Below are positions 12,302 to 25,656 of a stretch of 45,862 nucleotides of DNA, in pieces. Under the pieces are notes generated by a model. It saw only the letters and a program-made list of their open reading frames with translations. It ran no database searches and was not told the DNA's origin. This DNA is from Octopus sinensis (taxonomy: Eukaryota), in NCBI RefSeq assembly GCF_006345805.1, contig NW_021834664.1:1-45862 (forward strand), read 5' to 3'. Each line of letters starts with the position of its first letter. Position 1 is the first letter of the stretch. The position numbers and the translations under genes were made by a program.

Positions 12302-14526
12302 TATTGGTGTTGACAAATAGTTATGTGTCCCCTAATATTATGATGGTGCTTCTCTCATGAGCGGAGAAATCGCTGGTGTTCAAGCGAGATTGCATGTCAC
12401 AGCCCCATCTGCAACTTGTGTCAGCATCCACCAACTGAATCTGACTGGGGTTTACTTCTTAACAAAAACCTAAAGGCTATCGGGTAATCTTTCGTCATAT
12501 AGCTGCAACTTTACCTGTTTATGGATCGATTCAGAGTTTATCTATCGATTCAGAGGGTTTACAGGGAAAAAAACAGGAGAACATCCAGTAGATCTTATCC
12601 AATATAGGATGGATCAGTCAGCAGGTACCGTGCTATGCTGTTCATTATGAATTTTCATTTATTATAAACGTTCTCTCTCATTTCAGTGGGTTTATCAAAT
12701 CATAGGAGAGGCAAATTAAAGACAAGTGCTTCCATTACGTTTGTCTATGAAAGTTTACGTTTTCGTCTTCTCTAAACAAGTTTTAATACGAATCAAGTCT
12801 TTAGCAAAGATATTACAAATTTTCACTCCTGTGACTACAGAAACAGAACTGATATCCATATGCATTGAACTTCTTGATGTCCAACGAAACTAACCTTTTC
12901 TGGCCACCAATTAAATAACAGATCAGGGAAGTTATTAAGGTCAACCAGCAGACTCGAGAGAAGCCTAATCTGCAAGGCAATCTTAGCATTTGGAGGTCTC
13001 AGCGGCTAGTGTGAGCGGCTGAAAATTCAAACCACAATTCCTATATTGAACCAGGTTTGCTTAGAGTTCCGACACCGATTTTCGGCTAGAATGGTGATAT
13101 CATGATGAACCATTCTTATCTTAATCCCTAAATTCCCAGATTCTGAATATTGTTTGTCTCAGATTCATAGCAGACGCATTTCAACTCAATTTGGACACCT
13201 TGAACACAGTATGCCACTGTGCAAACAGTCTCATTGTGTGGATTCATCATAACTTATAGCAGATACTGCTAACTTTTTATTTATTTTTGACTTTTCAATC
13301 ACATTGTGAAGTTGACTTCAAATTTGATCTATTAATTTAAGACTGAAATTATTATCTATGTAAAATCTTTGCCCGTATTTTTTTAAAACTAAAAATGTCA
13401 TTGCTCCAGAACATTAATCCTCTAAAATTCGATCTCTGATCACATTTTCTTTATACAAATATTCAAACGAAATATTAACCGTATCGATCTCACCAATCCA
13501 CAAAGGCTTGAAAACATCACGTCGATCCCACTCCCATCTCCCCTCTTCACCAAACTATAAACAAAGAATCCAATATTAATCTAAAACTTAACCAATGAAA
13601 ACAAAAGGAACATTTTTACGACATTTATGGTCAATATTTCAATTTATGTTTTTCACACCGAAAACTATTTCAACCTTTCGATAACCTGAAAGAAATTGTT
13701 GAGCTGCTGAGTTTCTGAACGAATGTCTATTAAATTTCGTTTTTCGTATAACTGATTTCCTATTTTCGTTTTAACTGTACTTCACCCTGCAATAAGCTGC
13801 AATAAGTTGCTGAGGGCAAAATATCGCCCAAAGAGAACATAAAATTCTTATTTTAATTTCACTCTATAATCCTTGATAAAGACAGTTTAGATCAGCCAGC
13901 GTAAATAGTTTCTGAGAGACCAGAGGTAAAACTCAAATTAACAATCATGTTACCTAATATTTTTGGTGCTTTCTTACATTGGAATAGATGTACAATAATT
14001 CCCGTAAACTGTTTACCATATTCTTCAGAAAAGTTTTCGCTGTTGCTTTCCTCAATTGTTTTTTTCTCTCTTTTTTTTTTTTAGTTTGAATAACAAATCA
14101 TTTCAATTTTTAAGAGAAATCAATCGAATGCAATTATTTTATTTCATATATTATTTAGATGATGGGTAAGAAGCGTTAAAGATTCGGTTGACTGCTTCTG
14201 GTATTTAGTTAAGACCTGTTACGTTTTGAGATCAAATGTTGTCCAAGTTAATTTAGTATTTAATTCTTTAAAGGTCGATAAAATAATGCCCCAGTGCTCT
14301 ATTGGTACTCAGGTAAATTCAATAATCTTATAAACCTTAAAACGAAAAATATTAGCAACAAATATAAATTAACAAAATATTTATCTGAATTAAATTGACT
14401 TTATTGATAAAGAAACACACATTTTATCTTATATTTATAGATATAGATAATTATTATTTGATCCTTTGAAGTCTTGCTCACATTTCATTGAGATGTAAAT
14501 AATTTTCAAGTAAATTCCATTAAAGT

Positions 14527-14717
14527 TCAGACCAGTTTCTTTAGTAGGCACTTAGTGTTAGTATATGAAAAGGCGGTACATGTAGAAGATACCATACATA
14601 AACGTGAACAACCCAAGACCGAGCGAGCAACCATTTGGGCCTCGGTTATAAGGTTGTGATATGGATTTGGTTTGAAGGAAAAAGTTGAATAAGCCGTCAA
14701 ATCATTAATTTCTTTTT
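14527..14717 (-). CDS. Terminal coding exon of PAN/Apple-domain protein (module 3)
   Basis: Polypyrimidine acceptor ctctttctttttttattgcag in phase 1; GCSRLCMVSSTCTAFSY...KCLL matches the C-x3-C-x5-C-x2-F PAN core; TGA at 14529-14527; AATAAA near 14400-14405. Confidence 0.7.
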
Positions 14718-15149
14718 CTGCAATAAAAAAAGAAAGAGAAATCACAAGAAATATAACTATATAAATGAAATTATTTCTCTTCATTGACAATGTACAAGGC
14801 AAACAAATAGATAGGGCCTATTGATTCGATAGATCGATGTTATTAATGTTCCGTTTGGACATCTTTAGGTTAGTGTGAGTAGGGAGTGAGTTCCTGAGTG
14901 TTGCATAATCTAGAAAGGAAGGATTAGGAATAATAATTGATGGGAGATCTGGCTGGTGAAATAGCATGTGTGACTGGAGAGTGAGAAGGGGCTTGTGGCT
15001 GGTTATCTCGGTGGTAGAGTGGTTCTCGTATTACCAGCGAGATGCATTAAGGTATTTCCGAGCAAGTTAGTAATGAAGCGTGTTGTGCTATTTAATGACA
15101 GTTAGGATTAATATTAACCTATCTACCAGATTTTAAATGAAGATGATGT

Positions 15150-16440
15150 ATTAAACAGTTCCCGGACTAGTTCTGTAGCGCGCCAACAGATGGCAGCACA
15201 CGGTTGAGTGCGCAGTAGGAGCTAGCAGTGATGGTGATGAGGCACTGGGATGAGTGATATTGCTGCGTTTACTTTGCAAGATGTGAAATTTTTGATATTG
15301 TAAGCTGCAATCTGCGATTTCGTGATGGGCAGGAGGTTGGAACAAAGAGCCAACGTGGAATTTGGCGTTAAATTTGGTACGACTTCTACAGAGACATTGA
15401 TTATGCTTTGGCAAAATTACGGTAACGAGGGAATTGATTTTACGCAATGTTACGAGTGGCACGTGCTCTTCTAAAACAAAATAACATCCCTGGAAGACGA
15501 AGAGCGATCTGGAAGATTTACCACGGGCGTCACCCCAGGAGATGTGGAGAAAATTCCTCAACTTGGGAATGATGATCGCCGGAGGACAATCAGCGACATT
15601 GATGATGTTGTTGGTCTGTCGTGTGGATTCGTACAGACAATCTTAACATCTGAACTGGACATCCGGTGTGTCTCTGCCAAGTTTGTCCCTCCTACTGAAC
15701 AATCAGTAGAAAGAACATTGCGTCAATGTCTGTCAAGATGTCAGTCAGCCTGCCGCTGTTGACTGATCCTTCATGTCAAGGATCATTATTGGTAATGAGA
15801 GTTGGATCCACAAATACGACCCTGAGATGAAGCAGCAATTGTCACAATGGAAAATCCCTTCATCTCCACGACCTAAGACAGCAGGACAGAACCGCAGTTC
15901 AATCAAGAGCGTGCTGATCGTTTTTGTTTTCAACATCTGCATTATTGTGCATCAAGAATTCATCCCCCAGAGCCACACAGTGAATTGGCAGTTCTTACTA
16001 CGACGTTTTGAGAAAGGACATTCGGCGAAACGACCGGTTATGCAGATCGCGAAAAACCGGATTCTTCATGGCCACAATGCACCCTGCTACCGAGTTCTCC
16101 TCACTCATGAATTTCTCGCCAAAAACTACACGGTATCGCTTCTACATCATCCCTATTCGTCACATTTAGCCGACTTCCTGCAGACATCCATCTCTTCCCC
16201 AAGACTAAAAGGCAATCGAAAGGTCGCCATTTTAACACCTTTGTCCTTTTCCTGAACCGAATCGCAGATGGTCCTCGAGTCGCTTAAGGAAAACGACTTT
16301 CAGGTCGGATACCAAAAGTGGCAGGAACGCTGAGACCGGTCTATTTCCGCACAAGTCGACTATTCTGAAGGAGATGATGTGAAAACTTGGACAATTTATT
16401 TTTCAATAAACATAACGGGAAGTTTTTGGTACCACTTCGT
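15150..16440 (+). mobile_element. Near full-length decayed mariner (irritans-like)
   Basis: EQRANVEF, CVSAKFVP, IIIGNESWIHKYDPEMKQQLSQWK, HGHNAPC, HPYSSHLA; 3' TIR ending ggtaccacttcg-TA resembles the TIR at 12301. Confidence 0.85.
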
Positions 16441-17399
16441 AATTGTGGATCAGTTTTACTACATCTTTTAAAAAGGCTATTAATTATTAAATTAATGCTA
16501 ATCTATTTAACAAAGAATAAGTAGGACTAATAATGCGATGAAGAAGAAAGCGATATTTATTAATTTCTATATATTTTTTCGGCAAGAACTGGACACAGAA
16601 GATCAATGAATAAAAGATGAACAAGAAACAGAAACAAAGAACGCAAAAAATAAACAATAAAAATTGGTCTTACTGTCAAGAATATAATAAGAGTCGAAAA
16701 CTCTTATACCACATCCCACGGAGTTAATCTTCTCCAGTGTAAGGGACTGGTTAAGGTCATTCCAAAGTTCTGAAATGGAATAAAAGTAAAAAAGACCGTC
16801 GTAGTTTTAATGTTTTCCATGATTTCTTTAATATTAATCAAGGAATTCTAATCTCTTTCATACAATCGACTTTCCTATTTATATAAGACGATTTTATATA
16901 AGAAATCATGACTTTTTAAATATATGTTGTTTTATTTACTATCAGTTATTTCTAGTATTAACACAAGGCCTCATGTATGAAGGGAGGGAACAGACGTTTA
17001 GAAAGGTTCTACGATGTTACTGGTGTGTTACCGATATATTATTTCATGTGTAATTAGACCGTATTGGAAAAAGAAAACCGATATTCTTCTTTGAGCGTTT
17101 GATGACTTATGTAGAGTATAAATGAATCATTTTTAACGTTGTATGCTATGTTTTAATATAGAAAAATAAACAATACAACACACAATCTGTCCTACACATG
17201 ATAGCAGACGTTCGAGGTTACTCCTCAAGTTATCAACGCTTGGGCACTGAACGAGTTTGTGCAAAACACTTGTGTCCTTTGTACTCATCTCAAGCAGACT
17301 TCAATTCACAACGTTTTTATGTGGCGTGTATAGTTTATACCGAGCTAATAGTGTCTACTGGTAGGACAACCAGGCCAAAAATCTTTGGAAATTATCTCT

Positions 17400-18270
17400 G
17401 GGCTCCGGTTTGCAGGTAGAACGGACCAGCCTGTTGACGTTTGCCGACACCCAGAGTCTTCTCGACAACGCCGTCGCTCTTTCTTTACCACAGTTCGACC
17501 GTAGAACACCAAACTGGGGTTTCTGTATTGGTTGACTGGCAGAGGGTTGTGAGCGTCTGACTACACTCTAGATGTGTCAGAAAATCTGTCTTAGTCTACG
17601 CTTGATCCTGCTTGACTGTAACACTTCCAAAGAGACGAGCTGCGGAAAAGTGAGTCTGAGAAACGGCGACCACACCTGCTGAGTGCCAATCAAACTCTGG
17701 AGGTGTCGCAACCGCAGCGCACGACTGCCCATCGTCAGCCAGGGTATGCCCAGTTTTCCATCTAGTAGGTGTCGACAGCAAATGGATCGTATGACGAGTG
17801 AAACGTGTGAATTCCAAAGAATGCGGAAAGACAGGTGGCAATATATGATGGAAATGGTGTAAGCATTCGCCGCCTCTGTTCCACCTTCCAAGGATAACTT
17901 CTTCTCGGCTAATTTCTGAGTAAAGTTGGTCACCCTGCTCTTTCCAGAGCTTCTCTACATGGAGATCTGGACGAAACCAGTTACCGAGTAATTTTCCCTA
18001 CCCGTCCATCCAGCGCATAATGTTGTTGTTGGACTGATCGACCAACATCTCTAGGCACAGAGCTGCAGAACGAGTTTTGATGACACTGCTCGTAGTCCCT
18101 TAGAGGTTGCTGTCAGACTCTGTGACAATGCGTTTAATAAAGTTATAGTCCGAAAATTATCACGAGATTCCCGTTGTTCGGGTCACTTCCCAGCTGTGAT
18201 ACCACTGTCCTACTCACAGCAATGGGAATTACCCTGTTTTGCAGTCATTCCTAGTTAATATTTGTCAAGA
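17400..18270 (-). mobile_element. Tx1/L1-like LINE remnant, RT core apparently deleted
   Basis: NRVIP...NFRTITLLNA followed directly by C-terminal-type sequence (KKLSLEGGTEAANAY, ORF 17577-17933); same family as 35110-35760. Confidence 0.6.
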
Positions 18271-18416
18271 GGTCTTCAAAGAAGTGTGGCATGCAAAAGT
18301 AAAATTCATAGGGCAGAACATCGAGACCAAGAGATTTTTTCCTCCAACATCCATTCAGTCAACCATCAATCCCCGTATTTCAGCAGCCTTATCAGCTCTT
18401 GGCAGCACTCCGCCTA

Positions 18417-18612
18417 CACACACACACAGACTGGCATGCATGAATACACACGTAGGTATGTTTGTACGTAAGTATGCATGTATGTATACGTGTATGTATG
18501 CATGTATGTATGTGTGTGCATGTATGTGTGTATGTGCATGTATGTATGAACGTATATATGCATGCATGTACGTATATATGTATGTATGTATGCATGTACG
18601 TACGTATGTATG
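18417..18612. repeat. Mixed (CA)/(TATG)n microsatellite
   Basis: Low-complexity tandem repeat. Confidence 0.9.
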
Positions 18613-18699
18613 TCGGCCACAGCCAGACACATAATGTCCCTTCTCTTTCTTTTATGTGATATCCTTGGTCATCGTCGACAACAACGGAAGAACTAATAA

Positions 18700-20700
18700 T
18701 GTATAGTATAATAAAACCCATCCCAGAAGAAACGGAAGCTCGAAGATAATTAATGGGAAAATGGCAACAGAGGAAAGGCAGACATACTATCGGAACCAGG
18801 AAAAGTGAGAGCACAGAGCAATAAGGCAAAATAGAAGTCCACGGATGAAGAAATCCACGTAGAATTCAGCAGAACTAGGAATGGAAATGAGAAGAACTGA
18901 AATATCTTTGACTCTGAGGTAAAGGCACCAACTAGATTTTTTTAATTCTGAAACTATCTTGGAAATGGAACACGTTGCCGACAACCGTCTCCTAAAGAAA
19001 AGAAAAGAAAAACACAAACAAATGATGCACGGACACAGTTCTATAGTGAGCAAGAGAACCAAAACCAGTTCTATTCTCAAGAAAAGCATAAAAGACCGAT
19101 CCCAAACCTCATTGTCACCTCTCGAATGAATGACATCGGTATTTCACCAAAGCCAAGCAATCTCTAAGTCGACATTACAATTTCCCTTCCTCATAAGGAG
19201 AAACAATCAACGAAAACTAACCGAAAGACACCAAAGGAACCTAAATTCCAAAAAAGTCACTGAACAACCACTGACATATACATCAATGTTACCTGGACAA
19301 ATGATTTGAAATTAAGGTCAATAAAAACAGGTCCTGCACGTGAAGTCCACCGTCTCTAGAATTTTTTAGATATCCCCCTGAAGCCATTTCTCAAGTATAT
19401 CAAAGCTTCGTAAGAGATGACCTAGATATTCTAAATCATTTCCCGAAAATACTCAACGAATAAACTTCGGTAGTATCTTTCAATGCAGTGAATTTTTATT
19501 TAAACTCCTTTCGCCGCTTGGGAATTGAGGTTATGCAATTCTTTTTGGTTAATAATATAGATGGACTCACCCATCGCATAAAAAGAAGAATTTATAATAG
19601 AGCGGCTAAAATTTATTTCAGAAAATAATTACTTTACGCTCAATGCCAACATTTTCCGACAAAAAACTGGAACTGTCTGCGTTGCGACCGAAAACAGAAC
19701 CCGCATTTGCGAATCTAGTAATTACACTATACTAAATAAAAAAAGAAAACATGAGGAAAATATGGAAACTCTTTCTCCATATACAACAAAAAAAAACTGG
19801 AAAAGCTCGACGATTGCATCTTTCTTCGGAATGGAAGCTTAAGGAAGCTAAAAGAATTTGAAACACTCTTCAATAAAATTAAGGAAAATATTCAATTCAA
19901 TATAGAATATAGTCATAAACAATCTTCATTTTCGGAATTCCTTATGACGAATGTCTCAACCAAATAGAAATGGACATTTATTATAAACCAACGGACGCCA
20001 GACAATATCTTTCATTCAATTCATGCCATCAGAGGCATACCAGAATGAATGTCCCTTGTAACAAAGCTAAAAGTATTTGTACAATAGTATCTGATACAAA
20101 CATCCGTGACATAAGACCCCCAAGAACGGAATGATGCATGTCTTGATAGGAATAATTCATATTAAATTCCATAACATGCAGTTACTGAAGAAAGACCGCA
20201 AATTAAGCCAAATCCTCCAGACAAACTATCTTAAAGAGTAATAGACAACTGAAATTAATAACAAAATATTTAACAAAGACCAAACTTCCCACAATAGCGA
20301 TAAAAGAGAAAAAGAAGCGTAAAAAATGCGGAAGATTCAAATGTGGTTTATGTTTCAGTCTAAGAGAAGGGACAGAGAACCGTTTAGGCAAGGACAAGTC
20401 TTCACATTAACAAAAATCTTTATTTCTGCAACTGAAAACTTAATCTAGGCAATAACATTCTCAGGATGTGTGACATTTTACATCGGATAGGCAAAAAACG
20501 TTTTAAGGCATCGCATGAGCCTTCGTCGATCGGAAATTAAAATACAGGAATACAGAAGATAGGATTCAGTGAATATATAGAAACAGGCGCAAGCAGAAAC
20601 AACCAAACTTTACGATGTTTTCTCTCAATGAATTTGGTGGTTATACAATTGAACGGCAATATACCAATGAAGAAATGTCTTTCATAACAAAATACTAAAC
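18700..20700 (+). mobile_element. Decayed Penelope-like element (RT + C-terminal GIY-YIG endonuclease)
   Basis: Across frameshifts: NFLDIPLKPFL, VRDDLDIL, VVSFNAVN, ENNYFT, PAFANL, LDDC, DIYYKPTDARQYLSFNSCH, KCGRFKCGLC, NLI*AITFSGC..FYIG, HRMS. Confidence 0.85.
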
Positions 20701-21057
20701 GAGTCTAAATTCATTTGGCAGAGAAAGGGAGGCAACAACAATCAACGAGAATACTGCAACCCTTATTTGGGTTACTATGGACATTGGGAAAACGTCTTAG
20801 AAAATTTTAAAGTACCACAAAAAACCGTTAGAAGGAAAAACTTTTAAATGCTGAGAAAACCTCTCAGATTTTCTGACAACGATTCACAAAATCTCGGAAA
20901 ATATCAAAGAATCTCAAAAGTGTTTTTGAAAAGTCTCAAAAGTTTTAATGTTCTAAAGTTTCAGAAGATTCAAAAAGATCCTGCATGTCAGACATAGAGG
21001 GGGAGATAGACTGATAGAGAGGGAGGTAGATTGAGAGGGAAGTAGATATATAGATAA

Positions 21058-21752
<695 letters not shown>

Positions 21753-21758
21753 ATATAT

Positions 21759-21825
<67 letters not shown>

Positions 21826-21826
<1 letters not shown>

Positions 21827-22612
21827 GTGGTCTCATCAGTAATTATCCAGACAGTGAAGCCGCTTGGCACAGATTGACCTTGAATACTAATCCGCAGGAG
21901 CACTAAGATTTAACTCTCTAGCTCTATTCCGCTGTTTGCTGTTTACAGCAGTGTTTAGAAGGAAGGTGTGTAGCGAGTGATTGTCGTATTGACCATGACA
22001 GAACCTGCATAAAATCTTGACAAAATCTTGGCAATACCTGTTCAGAGGCCTCTGTAAAGTTTTCAAAATGGTTTCATCGTTCTCGAGGATATCTTGTGCA
22101 ACTGAAACCGAGTTTCTTGGCAGACACTCGTCTCATACCCAAATCCCCAGTGATAATGGACTAAACTAAACCGTAACTAATCTACACACATTCTGATAAT
22201 TCAAGGATGCTGATTCGACGATTTCCCATCGCAGCTACACGCACATCTGCGATGCTTTCTTCAATTCTGCTGGTTGTGGGTCTCCCAGAACATTCGTCAA
22301 TATAATATCGATATATTTTCGGGCATCTTGCAAACGCCTGAATCACTCATACACTCCTCTACATACACTTACTGAAATTTTTCGTAGGCCTCTGAGCAGG
22401 TATCGCTGACAACTTTTCATGGTCAGTGAGACGATCACACGCTACACATGTTCCTTCCAAGCACTATTGTAAACAGTGGAAGTGAGATAGACGTTAAAAT
22501 TTAGTGCGTATGCGCAGCAGAGCTCAAGGCCAACCTTTGCTGGGCGGCTTACTCTGAGTACTTTAGCCTCTTTACTATAACATCAGTCCGGATACTCATG
22601 GATCAGACCTAG
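21826..22612. mobile_element. Mariner-derived MITE-like element formed from two 5' ends in opposite orientation
   Basis: TA at 21824-21825 and 22613-22614; imperfect TIRs and about 240 bp of imperfect inverted repeat; minus strand encodes mariner N-terminal ERSGRPTTS...RRISI...GMRRVSAK. Confidence 0.7.
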
Positions 22613-23024
22613 TACATATATATATATATATATATATATACGGAGAGAGAGAGAGAGAGAGAGAGTGAGCGAGAGTGAGAGAGAAGACGTGGGGAGAGTG
22701 AGAGAGAGGAGTACAGCTAATTATATACACACGACTGTAAAAAAAGTATATAGATAAGTAGACAGTTAATTAGGTAGATAGGTTAGATAGTTCTATGAAT
22801 AGATGGATACATACATATATCAATCCAAGAACAAGCAATAAAAAACAACGCGAGGACGTGGAACAAGTACTGTGTTATTAGACGCTCAGAAAAGGAAAGA
22901 AAATGAAAGAGGAACTCACACTTCGAGCGGAGCTCTTCATCAAAGATATAGAAAAAGCCCAAAGACTTCCTACACATGTGCGTTGGAGAATGGTCAGTAG
23001 CAAGGTGTTTAACTTGTAGTTTGA

Positions 23025-23655
23025 AGTATGTGTGTGTATGCGTGTATGTATTTGTTGTGTGTGTCTGTGTGTGTGTGTGTGTTTGTGTGTGTGTGTATGC
23101 GTGACGTTGTGTGGGGGGATGTGTCTGTTGTGTAAATGTAAGTTACTCTGTGTGTGTGTGTGCGTGTGAGTGTATGTGCGTGTGTACACGTGTGTATATG
23201 TATGTGCGTGTGTATTTTGTGTGTGCATGTGTGTGTGCGTGTGTATGTTTGTATGTGTGTGAGAACGTTGGGTTGTGTGGGGAAGTATATGTGCGATTTT
23301 TTGCGCGTGTATGTGGGTGAGCGTGTGTGCGTGTATGTGTGCGTGTGTATATGTGAGTATATGTAAGCGGGTGTGGATACGTGTATGCGAGGGGTTGTGA
23401 GTGTTAGGTATGTGTGCATTCATGTGCGTGTGTGCGCGTGCGATGGCGTGCGCATGTGCGTGTGTGTGTATGTGCGCCTATATGTGTATGCGTATATGTA
23501 TGTGTGTGCGTATATGTATGTTTGTGTATGTGAGTTTTTGTATCCGTGTGTGCGTAGGGTTGTGTGTGGCGTTTGTGTAGGGGCATATGTGCGTCCCTGT
23601 GTGTATGTGCGTGCGTGTGCTTACGTGCGTGTGTGCGTGTATATGCGTGTGTGTA
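23025..23655. repeat. Degenerate (TG)n / (TGTA/TGCG) low-complexity array
   Basis: Low-complexity tandem sequence. Confidence 0.92.
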
Positions 23656-24300
23656 TTAGGTTGTCAAGAAAGTTCTTGCGGTTTTTAGTCTTTAAATTCA
23701 GATGCACATATCTCGGTTCAAACAAAACTTTATTAATTGAATTAGACACCATCAGAATCAACCCACTTTTGCCAAGATTTTTTTATGCCAGTAGCGTAAA
23801 ATCCTGTGTTCTGGTGGTGATGAAGTTGTTGAAAGCATGTTTGGCATTGTCTTGGCTTTTGAAGTATTTCTCACATAGGAAGTTGTCGAGATGCTTGAAA
23901 AAGTGGTAGTCGGTAGACGAGAGGTCTGGTGAGTATGGGGGATGAGGCAGAGTTTCGTAACCCAATTTGTTAAACTTCTGCAGGGTCAGCTGTGCGACGT
24001 GCGGCCAAGAGTTGTCGTGGAAAAGAATTGGTCCTTTTCTATTGACAAATGCTGGCTGTGATTATCGGAGTTTCTTATGTATTTCATCCATTTGCTGAGA
24101 GTACATCTCCGCTGTAATGGTTTCGTCTGGATCCAAAAAGCTGTGATGGAGGAGACCGGCCATAGACCATCAAACAGTCACCATGGCCTTCTTTTGGTAC
24201 AACTTTGGCTTCGGGAATTGCCGTGGGGCTTCTTCGGCGTCCAACCACTGAGCTGAGCGTCGCCGGTTGTCGTAAAGAATCCACTTTTCATCGCGTTGAT
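23656..24300 (-). mobile_element. 3' half of a mariner (Hsmar1/cecropia-like)
   Basis: DEKWILYDNRRRSAQWL, FHDNSWPH, HPPYSPDLSSTDYHFFKHLDNFL; TIR ttaggttgtcaagaaagttcttgcggtt at about 23656. Confidence 0.88.
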
Positions 24301-24315
24301 GGTGAGTGAAAGATA

Positions 24316-24650
24316 GTGTCTAAAGGTGAGGCTTCGTCTCATGATTTTGAAGAGGAGACCAGATCTTTTGGCCAGGATGTCAACCTCCGTGCTGTAAGCG
24401 AGAATGCCCTTCAACTGTATCACTTTTCTTGGCAAGCCTACTGTGAGCTCTCCTACCTGTCTTTTGGTGATCACCTCATCCCATCTACCTTTGGAGTCAA
24501 ACAGAGTGACTCACTTGGTCCTTCTCTATTCACATTGGGTATTGGCAATGTTACCAAGATGATAGCCGACCTAGACTTAACTGTCTGGTACCTCGATGAC
24601 GCTTGTTTGGAAGGCTCTCCTGACGAGTTGTTTGCAACTGGGAGGGCAAT
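24316..24650 (+). mobile_element. CRE/SLACS-like retrotransposon RT fragment
   Basis: STFGVKQSDSLGPSLF and DLTVWYLDDACLEG resemble CRE-clade GVQQGDPLGPLLF and WYLDD. Confidence 0.6.
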
Positions 24651-24729
24651 GAACGAGGAACTTGGTTGTAGGAACCTTGCATTTGTTGATTGCCCCTCGT
24701 TCTATCGTGGTTCATCCTTCGTCAGCCAG

Positions 24730-24820
24730 AGGCTATAGCAGAAGACTCCTGCTCGTGTTTCCAAGCAGTGGAACTGAACCCAGAAACATGTCGTTGGGGA
24801 GCAATCTCCTTACCATATAG
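24730..24820 (-). mobile_element. tRNA-derived SINE head fragment
   Basis: tagcagaagac...gcagtggaactgaaccc matches the head at 6730-6790. Confidence 0.6.
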
Positions 24821-25101
24821 TCACACATATATAAAACACACATATGCACACGCATACACAAACGCAAACATACACACGCAGACACACATATGTGAAACAT
24901 GTGTGATCAATAGTTGTGCATTTGCTTAGTCCATCAATTGACATCTTTTATGGCCAAGTTGCACTCAATCATTTGGTAAAGAGTAAAGGAAACCATTTAG
25001 GGGTGGCATAACAGTCTAAAGCTTTTCAAGGTGGTACCTCAGTACCGTCTAAATAGACTGGGACTAAAAGTAAAAAAATTATAAAACGAATTTGCACTTA
25101 C

Positions 25102-25332
25102 TTCTATTTATTTCAGTGTAAATGTCACCATCGAGGCAACTCAAACTTGCATGGGTATGGTTATAGGTTGACATGTAGCAAGCTTTCAAATGAAAGGTGT
25201 AGTCAAACGATTGACAGTTTGGTATTGCTTCACAAATGTAGAAACACTGCGTATAATTAACACCATACGTGACACCCAAAGTATTGCTACCAGAAATGTA
25301 ACCGTTGTAAACAAAATCCACCGGACATTTTC
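25102..25332 (-). CDS. Internal coding exon, PAN/Apple module 2 (231 nt, phase 1-1)
   Basis: Acceptor ttttattctttcag, donor A|gtaagt; KCPVDF...QCFYICEAIPNCQSFDY...ACYMS; N-glycosylation sequons NYT and NHT. Confidence 0.85.
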
Positions 25333-25439
25333 CTGAAAGAATAAAATATAAATGAACGTTTTGGTTCGGTTTTCGTAATTGCGGTGGGGTGCTTTTATGG
25401 TGAAGTGTTTTATTGATTTAGATTAATGAGAAATAATAA

Positions 25440-25596
25440 GTATATAAAAATATTGGGTAAAGATATAATAATAACGATAATAATGATAATAATAATGATA
25501 ATAATAATGATAATAATAATGATAATAATGATAATAATTATGATAATAATATTAATAATAGTAAAAATAATAATATTAATAATAGTAAAAAAAAAA

Positions 25597-25653
<57 letters not shown>

Positions 25654-25656
25654 AAT
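25440..25656. repeat. (AAT)/(GAT)n microsatellite
   Basis: Tandem repeat at the 5' boundary of the R4/Dong element. Confidence 0.95.

Noticed and set aside
12660-12760. Strong plus-strand splice acceptor (ctctctcatttcag at 12686)
   Set aside because: No convincing donor, coding signature or partner exon.
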